Below are positions 11,401-20,289 of a stretch of DNA of 64,000 nt, piece after piece. Below the pieces are notes generated by a model. That model had not been told where the DNA came from. It was given only the letters and a program-made list of their open reading frames with translations, and searched no databases. How positions within the stretch are numbered: the stretch's first letter is position 1; every line of letters starts with the position of its first letter. The translations under genes were made by a program, and so were the position numbers. Source of the DNA: an uncultured bacterium (GTDB taxonomy: Bacteria > Hinthialibacterota > Hinthialibacteria > OLB16); assembly GCA_964481775.1 (NCBI GenBank), contig CAYZUX010000001.1, positions 16,840-80,839 of the forward strand, written 5' to 3'.

Positions 11401-11676
11401 TGGGCCAGGAATGTTACCTCCTTCTGCAAATATCAGGAAAATGGAGAAATTATATTCCAGGTCAATTCAGATAAGCCGGCCAGTATTGCACTCCATTGGA
11501 GGAGTTCTGTTCTCGAAATTGAATCGAATCTCGATGATGAGCTGAACCTTGTCATGAAGCCTGTTGAAAAACCATTGAGTGTGACTCTCAACGGAAGAGA
11601 TCACTCGTTTTATTTTAATTCTGAGCTAAACAGTCTGTCAGTCTATAAAGCAAAAAAGGGGAATCGAAATGACTAA
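8422..11676 (+). CDS. Secreted polysaccharide lyase, heparinase II/III-like (alginate-lyase superfamily), with an N-terminal CBM/CIA30-like module
   Basis: Signal peptide MRLNIIIIAVLAGFLCRPLSV. The N-terminal ~200 aa carry a DDFETGE.. beta-sandwich pattern. The C-terminal half has the heparinase II/III signature: GPHSNHHHLDQGNFLL..GNENLLVEGGYADYY...AVAHNTVLVGNYPESQG. Confidence 0.75.
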   Translation: MRLNIIIIAVLAGFLCRPLSVTPQSLEMISCEIRDDFETGEKSAWETYPFFQDMGFNPTLSCTGEPARHGRFSLSQTFQPTDTDYPTDLNRVGVIKRICITTSDVTNIKFSFFVQSDRRPKCLDVILCSDEGDRFTKSIANPLVNEWIDIEIPLRNFLNGNIALGPNTGIEAIVIVAEFGVVSPDKSYSLNLDSISMIGKRQRRLIPVFPEGTWLEHFQRTVLHRHFHPREEISVSTRAEEMGNNNALKSVHCMVINPDGNIPAREIECFDNGTHGDQSGGDGIWSCHGIYRLGKTDPPGRWQIRLEGRTAEDLIIESTFDFLVPSCTFSPDLHPRLLFTNEDVKKRKDLQQNYQLLKQLYDEAVDKTKKELEGESISYHPEYSGVNSEYLGGGLFSPSWDQFERWINGLNASIPAMDCALLYSLTGDQAMGQRGKEFLLHVCGFRTWNHPWMKSRGIHMYYPVGYTAYRTAVAYDLLYPLMDNEERQLVREALLNKVIIPAYKGEVLDNHIPSNISNHLGVSCTGVLLALIALLGEDPENPYMEPYLSGILSKLEAHIDAAYLPDGSYAEPNSYFHMDAEMTVKAMACLLKNFCIDWTGKKGIGDAWQYSIYTSTPSGEECLDMGDGYDFWKDNGIKPLIWASCQMNNGIAWDRYLWTRGPDINKRLVADFFDYLWAPLDLEAVPVNHLPPSKWFWAKGFACFRGGWGSDDLLLLFKAGPHSNHHHLDQGNFLLRYGNENLLVEGGYADYYTNGYYHSFYEQAVAHNTVLVGNYPESQGVSDLRNQVKALDRYPQILDCFTGCIVDALESELSSVYKGRMNKFRRSIIFLKPDYLVLFDNITANQPESIQWLFHAANKDYIHAGSKTCLIRQPRASLRMEILEPVGCKASVKDHPDSEKGILWLSTTESVESTKFLSALIPSKEKNSKEHDKWVVSKVNCSGWSGIRVQRGDLLDEVYFREECNQGEMLPNYKTDSDRYVITVNPQGTMTRFWARNVTSFCKYQENGEIIFQVNSDKPASIALHWRSSVLEIESNLDDELNLVMKPVEKPLSVTLNGRDHSFYFNSELNSLSVYKAKKGNRND

Positions 11677-13474
11677 GCCTCGTTTTTTCCTTAATACTGG
11701 AAGGGTCCGGAACATCACGGGGGTGATAGGATTTATTTGCAATCGGCCCTTACTGGTTTTCCAAATTATGCTCTGCGTGGTCGTACCAGGTGGTGCCTTC
11801 GAGACACCAGACTCAATGGGACAAAATACGGATTTACCAACTGGAATGATCGCCCATTGGGACTTTGATAGAGACTATAATGATTCATCGGGAAACAACC
11901 TCCATGCAATACCCCATGGAACAGAGATTGAAAATACCACCCCGCCTGGAACTGAGGGTGCATCTGTAGTTTTTGACGGGCGTATGGCATGGTTAGAGGT
12001 ACAGGATCACCCATTGTTGAACATGGGGACTGATGACTTCAGTATTGTGGGTTGGTACTTTGTCTCAAAACAGGGGAATGACTTGCCAGGTGATCTCATC
12101 AGCAAATATGATCCTGAGACCAGGACCGGTTTTCAGATAGGTATCCAACACTCACCGGGGATTACCACCTCTCAATCCAACACACGTAACCTGTTCTTTG
12201 GAATCAACTCGGGGAAGCCTGACCAAGGGTGGAAGGATTGTGGACGGCCAGGAAAAAATCTCCTCGTCTATGCGTTGTGTGTTTGGGAAGGAAATCTCTA
12301 TGCGGGAACATATGAGGAAGGAGAGAATGAAGCTGGAAGTGTCTACCGGTATGCCGACGATGGAAATTGGGTATTCTGTGGAAGTCCGGATATCTGCAAT
12401 TCTGTCACCTCTCTTTGTGTGTTCAACGGGGACCTTTATGCCGCTGTATCTGACTATGATGCATCTGGGTCAAAACTTGACAGGTCTCCTAACAGAAATC
12501 CTGGGGGAAAAGTTTACCGATATAAGGGTGGAACCGAGTGGATTGACTGTGGACGATTAGGAGATGCCCCCTATATTTTTGGGATGGTCGAATTTGAGGG
12601 GAGTCTCTATGCCACCCTCCTGCGTGCCCCCAATCCAACGGGGGAAATGAAGGACCTTGGGCTTTATCGTTACGAGGGTGAACAGAAGTGGATCTATTGT
12701 GGACATCCAGGTGGAAGGGTGTGCGCTCTCACACCGTTCAATGGCCATCTCTATGCGACTGGTTATGATGGGGGAAATCTGGGTGGCGTTTTCCGCTACG
12801 AGGGGGACCAGAGGTGGACGAATTGTGGTGTTCCGGGCAGGACTACACAAACTTATTCCTTTGCCTTTCTGGCTGGAAGAATGTATGTGGGGACATGGCC
12901 AGAGGGAAAGGTCTATCGGTATGAGCAGGATGGTGAATGGACTGATTGCGGACAGCTCGGTGAGGAACAGGAGGTCATGGGGATGTCCTTGTACAACGGT
13001 CATCTATATGCGGGAACCCTTCCACTGGCACAGGTATACCGATATATGGGAGGGACAACATGGGATCTGAGTGCGCGCCTTGATCTTACACCGGAGGTGA
13101 TGTACCGCCGGGCCTGGTCAATGGCTGTCTTTCAAGGGGAGCTCTTTTGTGGTGTCCTGCCGTCTGGCCATGTGCATTCGCTGGAATCCGGTAAAATGGT
13201 TACATACGATCGGGATCTTGGAACAGGTTGGAGACACATAGCCGCCATCAGAGAAGGAACACGACTCTCCCTCTTTGTGGATGGCAAAAGGGCTGTTGAG
13301 TCTACTTCCTTTCATCCATTGGATTTCGATTTGAGTAATAGGCAACCTCTGAAAATTGGTTTTGGCCGCAATGAATATTTTAATGGAAATATCGCCGATC
13401 TTCAGATCTATCGACACGCTCTTTGCGAAAAGGAGGTTGATGCCCTTTATCATCAAAAACCTGGAAGGCAATGA
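11669..13474 (+). CDS. LamG-like (concanavalin-A-like) jelly-roll protein with an inserted ~8-bladed repeat (putative beta-propeller) domain
   Basis: 8-nt overlap with the upstream gene, consistent with translational coupling. The N-terminal LamG half is HWDFDRDYNDSSGNNLHAIPHGTE...VVFDGRMAWLEVQDHP...DDFSIVGWYFVSK. The C-terminal LamG half is WRHIAAIREGTRLSLFVDGKRA...KIGFGRNEYFNGNIADLQIYRHALCEKEV. Between them lie >=7 repeats of ~45 aa of the form G.VYRY..g..W..CG.pG.......f.G.LYA. Confidence 0.7.
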   Translation: MTKPRFFLNTGRVRNITGVIGFICNRPLLVFQIMLCVVVPGGAFETPDSMGQNTDLPTGMIAHWDFDRDYNDSSGNNLHAIPHGTEIENTTPPGTEGASVVFDGRMAWLEVQDHPLLNMGTDDFSIVGWYFVSKQGNDLPGDLISKYDPETRTGFQIGIQHSPGITTSQSNTRNLFFGINSGKPDQGWKDCGRPGKNLLVYALCVWEGNLYAGTYEEGENEAGSVYRYADDGNWVFCGSPDICNSVTSLCVFNGDLYAAVSDYDASGSKLDRSPNRNPGGKVYRYKGGTEWIDCGRLGDAPYIFGMVEFEGSLYATLLRAPNPTGEMKDLGLYRYEGEQKWIYCGHPGGRVCALTPFNGHLYATGYDGGNLGGVFRYEGDQRWTNCGVPGRTTQTYSFAFLAGRMYVGTWPEGKVYRYEQDGEWTDCGQLGEEQEVMGMSLYNGHLYAGTLPLAQVYRYMGGTTWDLSARLDLTPEVMYRRAWSMAVFQGELFCGVLPSGHVHSLESGKMVTYDRDLGTGWRHIAAIREGTRLSLFVDGKRAVESTSFHPLDFDLSNRQPLKIGFGRNEYFNGNIADLQIYRHALCEKEVDALYHQKPGRQ

Positions 13475-13529
13475 AACCGCGATTGTGATCAGCTGATAGA
13501 CACAGGTGCTTCCAAAAAATAGAACTCAT

Positions 13530-14423
13530 TTATTTTCCGGATGGTGGCTTTCCGGATGAACTGGACTTGGACGCCTTATGGGATTCCTCGAACCCAAAAA
13601 ATCGTAACGAAATGGAGGTGGTAACTTCCATCAGGTCCACGGCGATTGCCTGGATGAGGCTGTAGGTCATGCGTGAGGTGGGACCTGTGACACTCAATGA
13701 AGCCATTGGTTCACCCTGACTTCCCCGGATTGCCGCAGCAACACAGCGAACACCAATAATGTTTTCCTCATCATCCACCGCATACCCGACTTCCTTAACA
13801 CGCTTAAGCTCATCGGTAAACCGCTTCTTGGGAACCAATGTATTTGGGGTCAACCTTCGAAAATTCAGCTTCGCAAGGATTTCCCGTTGCTGTTCATCAC
13901 TCAACAAGGCCAGGAAGGCCTTTCCGGCCGCGGAGCTATAAACCGCTTCCCTACGGTCAGTAAGATGAGAGACACGTAACGGATGAGTCCCCTCGAGAGT
14001 CTTGAGGGTCACATACTCACCACGATCCAGTCTGATGAGGTTCACATTCTCACCATACTTGTCTCGGAGCCGCTCCATTTCAGGTAGACAAAACCGGATG
14101 ATGTCCTGTCTTTTCTCGGTAATACGTCCAAGCTCAATGAACTTGGCGCCCAATTCATAACGATTTGTCAATTCGTCTTTACGTATGTATCCGAGATATT
14201 CAAGAGAAGACAGGATTCGGTAGATAGAAATGCGGGGGATGTCAGGATTCCGTTGAATCAGATCCGAGTATGTGACCCCTTCCGGCCATTCCCGGAATCC
14301 TTCAAGAATCTGGAATGTCTTCATGATCATCGGAACAATGTTTTTCCTCAGTGTCGCATCCTGTCCCATATGTGTATCCCTTCCCGCAACCTCTTGAACC
14401 ACACCAGTCCGTCCGATAATCAT
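13530..14423 (-). CDS. IclR-family transcriptional regulator
   Basis: The N-terminal HTH (FQILEGFREWPEGVTYSDLIQRNPDIPRISIYRILSSLEYLGYI) and the C-terminal IclR effector domain are both recognisable. It is divergent from the catabolic operon at 14619. The start codon is uncertain; an internal Met at aa 19 or 32 is possible. Confidence 0.85.
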   Translation of the reverse strand: MIIGRTGVVQEVAGRDTHMGQDATLRKNIVPMIMKTFQILEGFREWPEGVTYSDLIQRNPDIPRISIYRILSSLEYLGYIRKDELTNRYELGAKFIELGRITEKRQDIIRFCLPEMERLRDKYGENVNLIRLDRGEYVTLKTLEGTHPLRVSHLTDRREAVYSSAAGKAFLALLSDEQQREILAKLNFRRLTPNTLVPKKRFTDELKRVKEVGYAVDDEENIIGVRCVAAAIRGSQGEPMASLSVTGPTSRMTYSLIQAIAVDLMEVTTSISLRFFGFEESHKASKSSSSGKPPSGK

Positions 14424-14513
14424 GCTGATCTGAACGGAATGAAAGTGTTACTATGCTCCGAAGATTCCAGGGAATCAATCACGTTTATCGGTGTAGCGTG
14501 GATAGATTACTGC

Positions 14514-14542
14514 TTCATTATTGAAAAATGAAGTTTCATATG
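14514..14542. promoter_or_regulatory. Candidate IclR operator / divergent promoter region
   Basis: AT-rich inverted repeats ttcattattgaaaaatgaa and atgaagtttcat lie in the 195-bp gap between the divergent IclR gene and the operon. Confidence 0.3.
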
Positions 14543-14618
14543 CTAAAATAGCCTTCTTTAGTGCAGGATCTCCCGGGAATGGGAAAAGGATCCATGTGAA
14601 AGGAACCTGGCGATCTCC

Positions 14619-15617
14619 ATGAAAGTTGTTGTGACGGATTTTATCGAAACAGACCTGGAGTGGGAAGCAGAACGGTTCCGTCAGGAGAGTATCGAATTCA
14701 AGGCTTTTCAACTGAAGTACGCCTCCGAATTGGAACTGGCGGCGGCTGCAGAGGATGCCGATGTGGTGATCGTCAACATGGCTCCCATCACCAGCAGGGT
14801 CATTGATGGTTGGCAAAAATGCCGTCTGGTGATCCGTCACGGTATCGGATTTGACAATGTGGACATTGAGGCACTTGGGAGTCGTGGTATTCCCCTTGTG
14901 AATATGCCCGATTATTGCACCGAAGAAGTGGCGGAGCAGGCGATTGCCCTGATCCTTGCCTGCGGACGGAAGATTTTTTCAAGCCGGCGAATTCTCGATA
15001 GCTCAGTCAGTCAAGGTTGCTGGAATTTTAACCATATCCATCCAATTCACCGTTTATGTGGACAGACCCTTGGGATCATTGGATGCGGTCGAATTGGAAG
15101 CCGAGTGTACAGGAAACTCTCCTCCTTTGGATATGAATTCGCAATCTGCGATCCTTATCTGAGCTCCAGGCGGAAAGCCCATTTGGGTATAGAAACCGAA
15201 TCACTGGATTCAGTTCTGGCACGATCTGACTTTGTGACACTTCATACGCCTCTGAATCATGAAACTGAACACCTTATCAACGAACAAACTCTCTCACTGA
15301 TGAAACCCACGGCTTACCTGATCAACACAGCTCGTGCAGGCCTGGTGGACCAGAATGCATTGGTTTCAGCTCTAAGGAACAGGAGGATCGCTGGAGCCGG
15401 ACTGGATGTATTTCTTTCAGAACCACCCGATCCGGAAGATCCTCTCCTGAGCATGGATAATGTCGTTCTTACTCCTCATCTGTCCTGGTGCTCGCTTGAG
15501 GCCGAGAGACTGATCAGGGAGAAAATTGTAGCGCAAGTCCTCCGCTTCCGGGATGGAGAACCTCCTGAAAATGTGGTTAATGAAGATTACCTCAAAGCAA
15601 TTGAAGCATCCCTATGA
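14619..15617 (+). CDS. D-isomer-specific 2-hydroxyacid dehydrogenase family protein (NAD-binding)
   Basis: Rossmann motif GIIGCGRIGSRV. The overall architecture matches the PGDH/glyoxylate-reductase family, and the catalytic R..E..H arrangement is present in the C-terminal half. Confidence 0.85.
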   Translation: MKVVVTDFIETDLEWEAERFRQESIEFKAFQLKYASELELAAAAEDADVVIVNMAPITSRVIDGWQKCRLVIRHGIGFDNVDIEALGSRGIPLVNMPDYCTEEVAEQAIALILACGRKIFSSRRILDSSVSQGCWNFNHIHPIHRLCGQTLGIIGCGRIGSRVYRKLSSFGYEFAICDPYLSSRRKAHLGIETESLDSVLARSDFVTLHTPLNHETEHLINEQTLSLMKPTAYLINTARAGLVDQNALVSALRNRRIAGAGLDVFLSEPPDPEDPLLSMDNVVLTPHLSWCSLEAERLIREKIVAQVLRFRDGEPPENVVNEDYLKAIEASL

Positions 15618-16930
15618 CCACATTTCCCCCTGCCTTCCAGAGACTTGCCATACCCGGGCCAGAATCGGAGAAGCTCTTGCGTCTCTGGGAACGCTACGAA
15701 ACCCAGACCACCACATACCAGGCTCCGATTGTGTGGCAACGTGCCTCCGGGGTGACCGTCTGGGATGTTGATGGACGGGAGTACATCGACTGGACATCAG
15801 GAGTTCTTGTCACCAATGTGGGGCATTGCCATCCCAAGTTGGTCGATGCGGTTTGTCATGCTGTCGGCCAGTTGATGAACAGCTATGATTTTCCGACACC
15901 TGCTCGCATCGAGCTGGCTCGCCGAATGGTTGAGATTACTCCCCCGCACCTCGACCGTTGTTTTTTCCTGACCACTGGAAGCGAGGTGGTCGAGGCAGCC
16001 TTGAGAGTGGCCAAACGTTTTACGGACCGATTCGAGATCGTGTCATTCTATGGTGGTTTTCACGGACGAACCTATGGTGCCCTTTCGGCGGGTGGGCTTT
16101 CCGGTCCCAAGAAGCAATACGGCCCGATTGCTCCCGGGATAATTCATGTCCCCTTCCCTTATCTCTACAGGAGTGAGCTCGAACCTGAATCATGTGTCGA
16201 ATGGTGCCTTGAAATGTTGGAGCAACAGGTTCGTGCCGCAAGTACAGGTTCTCTGGCTGCCGTTCTGGTGGAGCCTTACCTCGGGGCTGCTGGATTCATC
16301 TTCCCTCCCAGGGGTTTTCTCAAACGGGTGGAGGAGTGGGCCCGGGAACGGAACATTCTTTTCATCCTTGATGAAGTCCAGTCTTCATTCGGAAGAACAG
16401 GGAAGATGTTTGCCCTGGAGTGGGATGATCTTCATCCGCATCTGCTCTGCCTGGCCAAGGGAATGGGAAGCGGCATTCCAACCTCCTGTCTCATGGCTGA
16501 GTCGAATGTCATGCGGAATATTGGGAAAGGGGAGATGAGCAGCACCTGTGGCGGCAATCCTGTCTCTTGTGCTGCAGCTCTGGCGGTTCTCCAGATCATC
16601 GAGGAGGAAAACCTGGTCGAAAACTCGCTTAAAATGGGTGAGAAGATGAAAGCACGTCTTCTTGAGATCCAGGCCAGGTCACCCTACCTGGGAGATGTAC
16701 GAGGAAGTGGTCTTGTCCTGGGCCTGGAGATTGTCTGTAACAGGAAAACCAAGGAACCTGCTCCCGATCTGACACGCCGGCTGATTCACCACGCCGCGGA
16801 ACGAGGTCTTCTAATTGGATCGGTTGGGATTTTTGGGAATGTCATCCGTGTCGCTCCTCCATTGGTGATCAGTGAAGCGGATGTTCACCGTTCGTTGGAC
16901 ATTTTCGAAAGTGCGCTTCTCTCACTTTGA
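15614..16930 (+). CDS. Class III (PLP-dependent) aminotransferase
   Basis: ATGA overlap with the upstream gene. Motifs: ILFILDEVQSSFGRTGKMFALEW (PLP-lysine region) and SYDFPT..GSEVVEAALRVAK. Confidence 0.85.
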   Translation: MTTFPPAFQRLAIPGPESEKLLRLWERYETQTTTYQAPIVWQRASGVTVWDVDGREYIDWTSGVLVTNVGHCHPKLVDAVCHAVGQLMNSYDFPTPARIELARRMVEITPPHLDRCFFLTTGSEVVEAALRVAKRFTDRFEIVSFYGGFHGRTYGALSAGGLSGPKKQYGPIAPGIIHVPFPYLYRSELEPESCVEWCLEMLEQQVRAASTGSLAAVLVEPYLGAAGFIFPPRGFLKRVEEWARERNILFILDEVQSSFGRTGKMFALEWDDLHPHLLCLAKGMGSGIPTSCLMAESNVMRNIGKGEMSSTCGGNPVSCAAALAVLQIIEEENLVENSLKMGEKMKARLLEIQARSPYLGDVRGSGLVLGLEIVCNRKTKEPAPDLTRRLIHHAAERGLLIGSVGIFGNVIRVAPPLVISEADVHRSLDIFESALLSL

Positions 16931-16946
16931 GGGACAGGGTGACCAG

Positions 16947-18194
16947 ATGATTTCAGACAAGGTTATTCGAACCATCGCCATCGAGGAAATGCCGCAAGCG
17001 ATGAATTTCCTTCTTAACCTTATCCGGTTCGAATCACTCTCCGGAAAAGAGCAGGAAGCGATTCGATATCTCGAAAGTGAGTTCTCTCCTCTCGTGGACC
17101 GGGTGGAACGAGTCGGATTCTCTTCCCATTTCCGTGATGATCCTGAATATTCTTCTCCACTGGATCATCTGGAGTATTCCGATCGATATAACCTTCGTTG
17201 TGTCTGGAATGACAAGGCGGCAGGGCCGACAGTCATCCTGAATGCGCATGTTGATGTGGTTCCCCCCAGCAAGGGACAGGCATCCCCATTCGCTCCCTAC
17301 GTCAGAAATGGAACGCTGTATGGAAGAGGTGCCTGTGATGATAAAGGTCAGATTGCCTGCCTGTGGATGCTGATGCGAATCCTGAACCGGCTTGGGGAAG
17401 TTCCCAACCTGCGCCTCGTTATCCACCTGGTTGTCGAAGAGGAGAATGGAGGTAATGGAACACTGGGGATGGTCCGAGCTGGCGACATGGCAAATGCCGC
17501 CATTGTTATGGAGCCTACTTCGGGGAGAATTGCCACCTCTGTACGCGGTGCAGTCTGGTTTCGCATTACGACACATGGAATCTCCGGTCACAGTGGGCAG
17601 GCAGGTCACGGTGTCAATGCGCTCGATCTGGCAATTGATGCCAGGCAACAGATCGTGGGATTCCACCAGAACCTTCTGAAGGAATCAGGGGGCATTCCTC
17701 TTTTCGACAGTTTTCAGAATCCCATGCCGTTGACATTCGGGAAGTTCCATGCAGGAACATGGCCATCAATGGTTCCCGACCTGGCCGTCCTGGAAGGTGT
17801 GATGGGATTCCTGCCCAATCGTAACCGGGATCAAGTCATGGCCGGGATCCGTTCCCTTCTGCAAAAGGAAGGAACACAGGCGCTTTCCAAGGGAGTGGAG
17901 ATCGAGTTCATGTACCGGCATGATGGCCATGTAACCGATCCACAAGGACCGTTGGCTTCATCTCTGGCATTGGGTATCCGTCATTCTGGCGGGTCACCCG
18001 AAATTGCGGCATTTCCCGCCTCTTGTGATTCTTGGTACTACAACAACCTCCTTCATATCCCAACGGTTGTATTCGGTGCCGGACATTTAGTTCATGCACA
18101 TTCGGCTGAGGAACAGATCCGGATGGATGAAATCGAACGAGTCAGCATTCAGCTGGTTCATTTTGCCCAGCTGTTTTCAACATTCTCTTCATGA
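16947..18194 (+). CDS. M20-family metallopeptidase / deacylase (ArgE/DapE-like)
   Basis: M20 motifs LNAHVDVVPP and GRGACDDKGQIA. The track ORF starts at 16872 inside the upstream gene. The ATG at 16947 has an AGGGT SD-like sequence 8 nt upstream and is the likelier start. Confidence 0.8.
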   Translation: MISDKVIRTIAIEEMPQAMNFLLNLIRFESLSGKEQEAIRYLESEFSPLVDRVERVGFSSHFRDDPEYSSPLDHLEYSDRYNLRCVWNDKAAGPTVILNAHVDVVPPSKGQASPFAPYVRNGTLYGRGACDDKGQIACLWMLMRILNRLGEVPNLRLVIHLVVEEENGGNGTLGMVRAGDMANAAIVMEPTSGRIATSVRGAVWFRITTHGISGHSGQAGHGVNALDLAIDARQQIVGFHQNLLKESGGIPLFDSFQNPMPLTFGKFHAGTWPSMVPDLAVLEGVMGFLPNRNRDQVMAGIRSLLQKEGTQALSKGVEIEFMYRHDGHVTDPQGPLASSLALGIRHSGGSPEIAAFPASCDSWYYNNLLHIPTVVFGAGHLVHAHSAEEQIRMDEIERVSIQLVHFAQLFSTFSS

Positions 18195-18318
18195 GCTTGG
18201 GGGTAATACAGAAAATAGATGCAATATGGGGTTGAAAAAGGGTCCTATTTTATAATATTATCATTTGCAATTTTAGTTTCATAAGAGAAACTACTTGTCT
18301 TTGGCAGGAGGTTCCAGG

Positions 18319-19005
18319 ATGGGATCGCTTCCAATGCGTGGCTCACCCGGAGAGCAGGCTCTCTTCGACACCATCAGCGCTTCATTGTATGCCGGTGCGC
18401 TTTCAGACATCCTGGATGAAATGGGATTTCGCAATCAGTCCATCCCTCCATGTTTACAGATTCGCCCGCTTCATCCCGCGTCCGTGGCCATGGGGCGTGC
18501 GCTCACGCTCCTGAATGCCCGTGATACCCGCGAGGAGGATCCCTATGAACTCGCTATCCGTGCGATGGATGGGATGAAACCAGGGGAGCTGCTCGTTGCC
18601 TCCGGGACAGAGCTTCTTGAGACCGGAATCTTTGGGGAGCTTTCGGCGACTCGTGTTTCCAGGGCGGGAGGACGCGGGGCTTTGATCAATGGCTACTCAA
18701 GAGATGGCCGTAAAATTCTTGAAATGGGATTCCCGCTTTTCTGCCGGGGAATCTCACCCATTGACACCACTGGCCGGGTGCGGGTTGTGGATATCAACTG
18801 TCCTGTCCAGATTGGTGGACTTACTGTTGTTCCTGGTCAGATTCTCTTCGCAGATTTGGATGGAACGATTCTGATCCCGCCCGAGGCTGAAGCCGAAGTT
18901 CTCAATAAGGCGCTCGAACGGGCGGCGACTGAGACCAAGGTTCGCATGGAGTTACGAGAGGGTGCCACCATGGAAGAAGTTTGGAAAAAGTATCATGTGC
19001 TGTGA
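18319..19005 (+). CDS. RraA-family protein (4-hydroxy-2-oxoacid / HMG-CHA aldolase-like)
   Basis: RraA fold motifs GELSATRVSRAGGRGALINGYSRD and GDILFADLDG. AGGAGG lies 8 nt before the ATG at 18319; the track ORF begins at an upstream TTG at 18295. Confidence 0.75.
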   Translation: MGSLPMRGSPGEQALFDTISASLYAGALSDILDEMGFRNQSIPPCLQIRPLHPASVAMGRALTLLNARDTREEDPYELAIRAMDGMKPGELLVASGTELLETGIFGELSATRVSRAGGRGALINGYSRDGRKILEMGFPLFCRGISPIDTTGRVRVVDINCPVQIGGLTVVPGQILFADLDGTILIPPEAEAEVLNKALERAATETKVRMELREGATMEEVWKKYHVL

Positions 19006-19063
19006 CACAAAATATGACCTGAATGAAAAAGGACTATTTGAAAAAGCAGAGGAGGAGACAAAG

Positions 19064-20218
19064 ATGATGAAACTATCATCTCTCAAGAAACTTTCATCGA
19101 ATGTGGTTATGGTATTGTTGCAGTTAACTCTGGTTCTTGTCTTTGTCTGCGATAAGGCTCATTCTGATTGCAGTCATCTTGTGGTAGCCGCCGTGGACTC
19201 TTCCGAAGCAGCCAGGAAATACGCTGACTTTGTAGCGGATGGCAACGGTGACCAGGAAGAAATTCATGCTGCCCTCAAAGCCCTTCCTGCGGCCGGAGGG
19301 ACAATTCAGTTGATGGCAGGGACATATGACATTCGCAGAGTCACAGGAACCCTTGGAGGGATCACCATCAACCGGTCGAATGTGACTCTTGCAGGTGAGG
19401 GTGAGTGCACTAAGCTCAGGCTTTCCGCAGGGCAGAATACAAATGTAATCCGCATCATTGGACCGGATGTGGGAAACATCACCATACGTGACCTTTCAGT
19501 GGACCAGAATCGGGATGAAAATCCGTTTGGCGAGGGAGACAGGAATGTCTCTCATGCGCGTTTTGAGTTCTGTGGGATCAAGGCCTTCTGCAGGGAACCT
19601 GGTGGATCAGGTACCGAGCCAACCCACGACATTACCATCGAAAACTGCCGTGTATCGAATTCCCGCAGGCTGGGAATCATGCTTGAAGGTCCAAACATGC
19701 GTGTGTTGAATAACCATTTGGGTAATGCTCTCTCGGATTCAGTCGAAATCCTGACCGGACCGGGATTCATCATGGGGAATTATGTCGAAATTACGGGGAA
19801 GACCCACGTGGGGATCGGTTCCGATCGTGGAAACTCGATCATCATGGCGAACAATATCATCCATGTCAGGGAAAGCGGTGACATCGACATTGGATTCCGT
19901 TCCTGGGCAAACTCCGAAAGGCATGTCATTTCAGGTAATATCATTCAAGTGGATGAAGGTGGAAAAATTGGAGCCGCGATGGAGGTGCGTGGTTTCGGTG
20001 CGGCGGTTACCGGAAACACGATTCAGTGGAATGATTCCGAAAATCGTTTGCCTCTCCTGCTCACCGGTGCTGGTACGGTTGTCTCCGGCAACTACTTTAA
20101 GAACCTCACTCTCGTGGTAAATGATGAGACGAAAACAGACAGGCCGACAATTATCACAAATAACCTGATGGAAAACTCGGTTATCGATCACCAGAAAGGA
20201 AATTTAAAACAAGAATGA
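19064..20218 (+). CDS. Secreted right-handed beta-helix protein (pectate-lyase/GH28-like fold)
   Basis: GAGGAGGAG RBS, then MMKLSSLKKLSSNVVMVLLQLTLVLVFVC as a signal peptide. Repetitive coils follow (ITIENCRVSNS.., VLNNHLGN.., IIMANNIIHV.., VISGNIIQV.., VTGNTIQW.., VVSGNYF). The track ORF starts earlier, at 18962, inside the previous gene. Confidence 0.75.
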   Translation: MMKLSSLKKLSSNVVMVLLQLTLVLVFVCDKAHSDCSHLVVAAVDSSEAARKYADFVADGNGDQEEIHAALKALPAAGGTIQLMAGTYDIRRVTGTLGGITINRSNVTLAGEGECTKLRLSAGQNTNVIRIIGPDVGNITIRDLSVDQNRDENPFGEGDRNVSHARFEFCGIKAFCREPGGSGTEPTHDITIENCRVSNSRRLGIMLEGPNMRVLNNHLGNALSDSVEILTGPGFIMGNYVEITGKTHVGIGSDRGNSIIMANNIIHVRESGDIDIGFRSWANSERHVISGNIIQVDEGGKIGAAMEVRGFGAAVTGNTIQWNDSENRLPLLLTGAGTVVSGNYFKNLTLVVNDETKTDRPTIITNNLMENSVIDHQKGNLKQE

Positions 20219-20289
20219 TTTGCGCAGGGGTATTACATCCGAGGATTGCCAGCTGCCTTTGAAAACGAATTCCCGGAGGATTACCTGAG

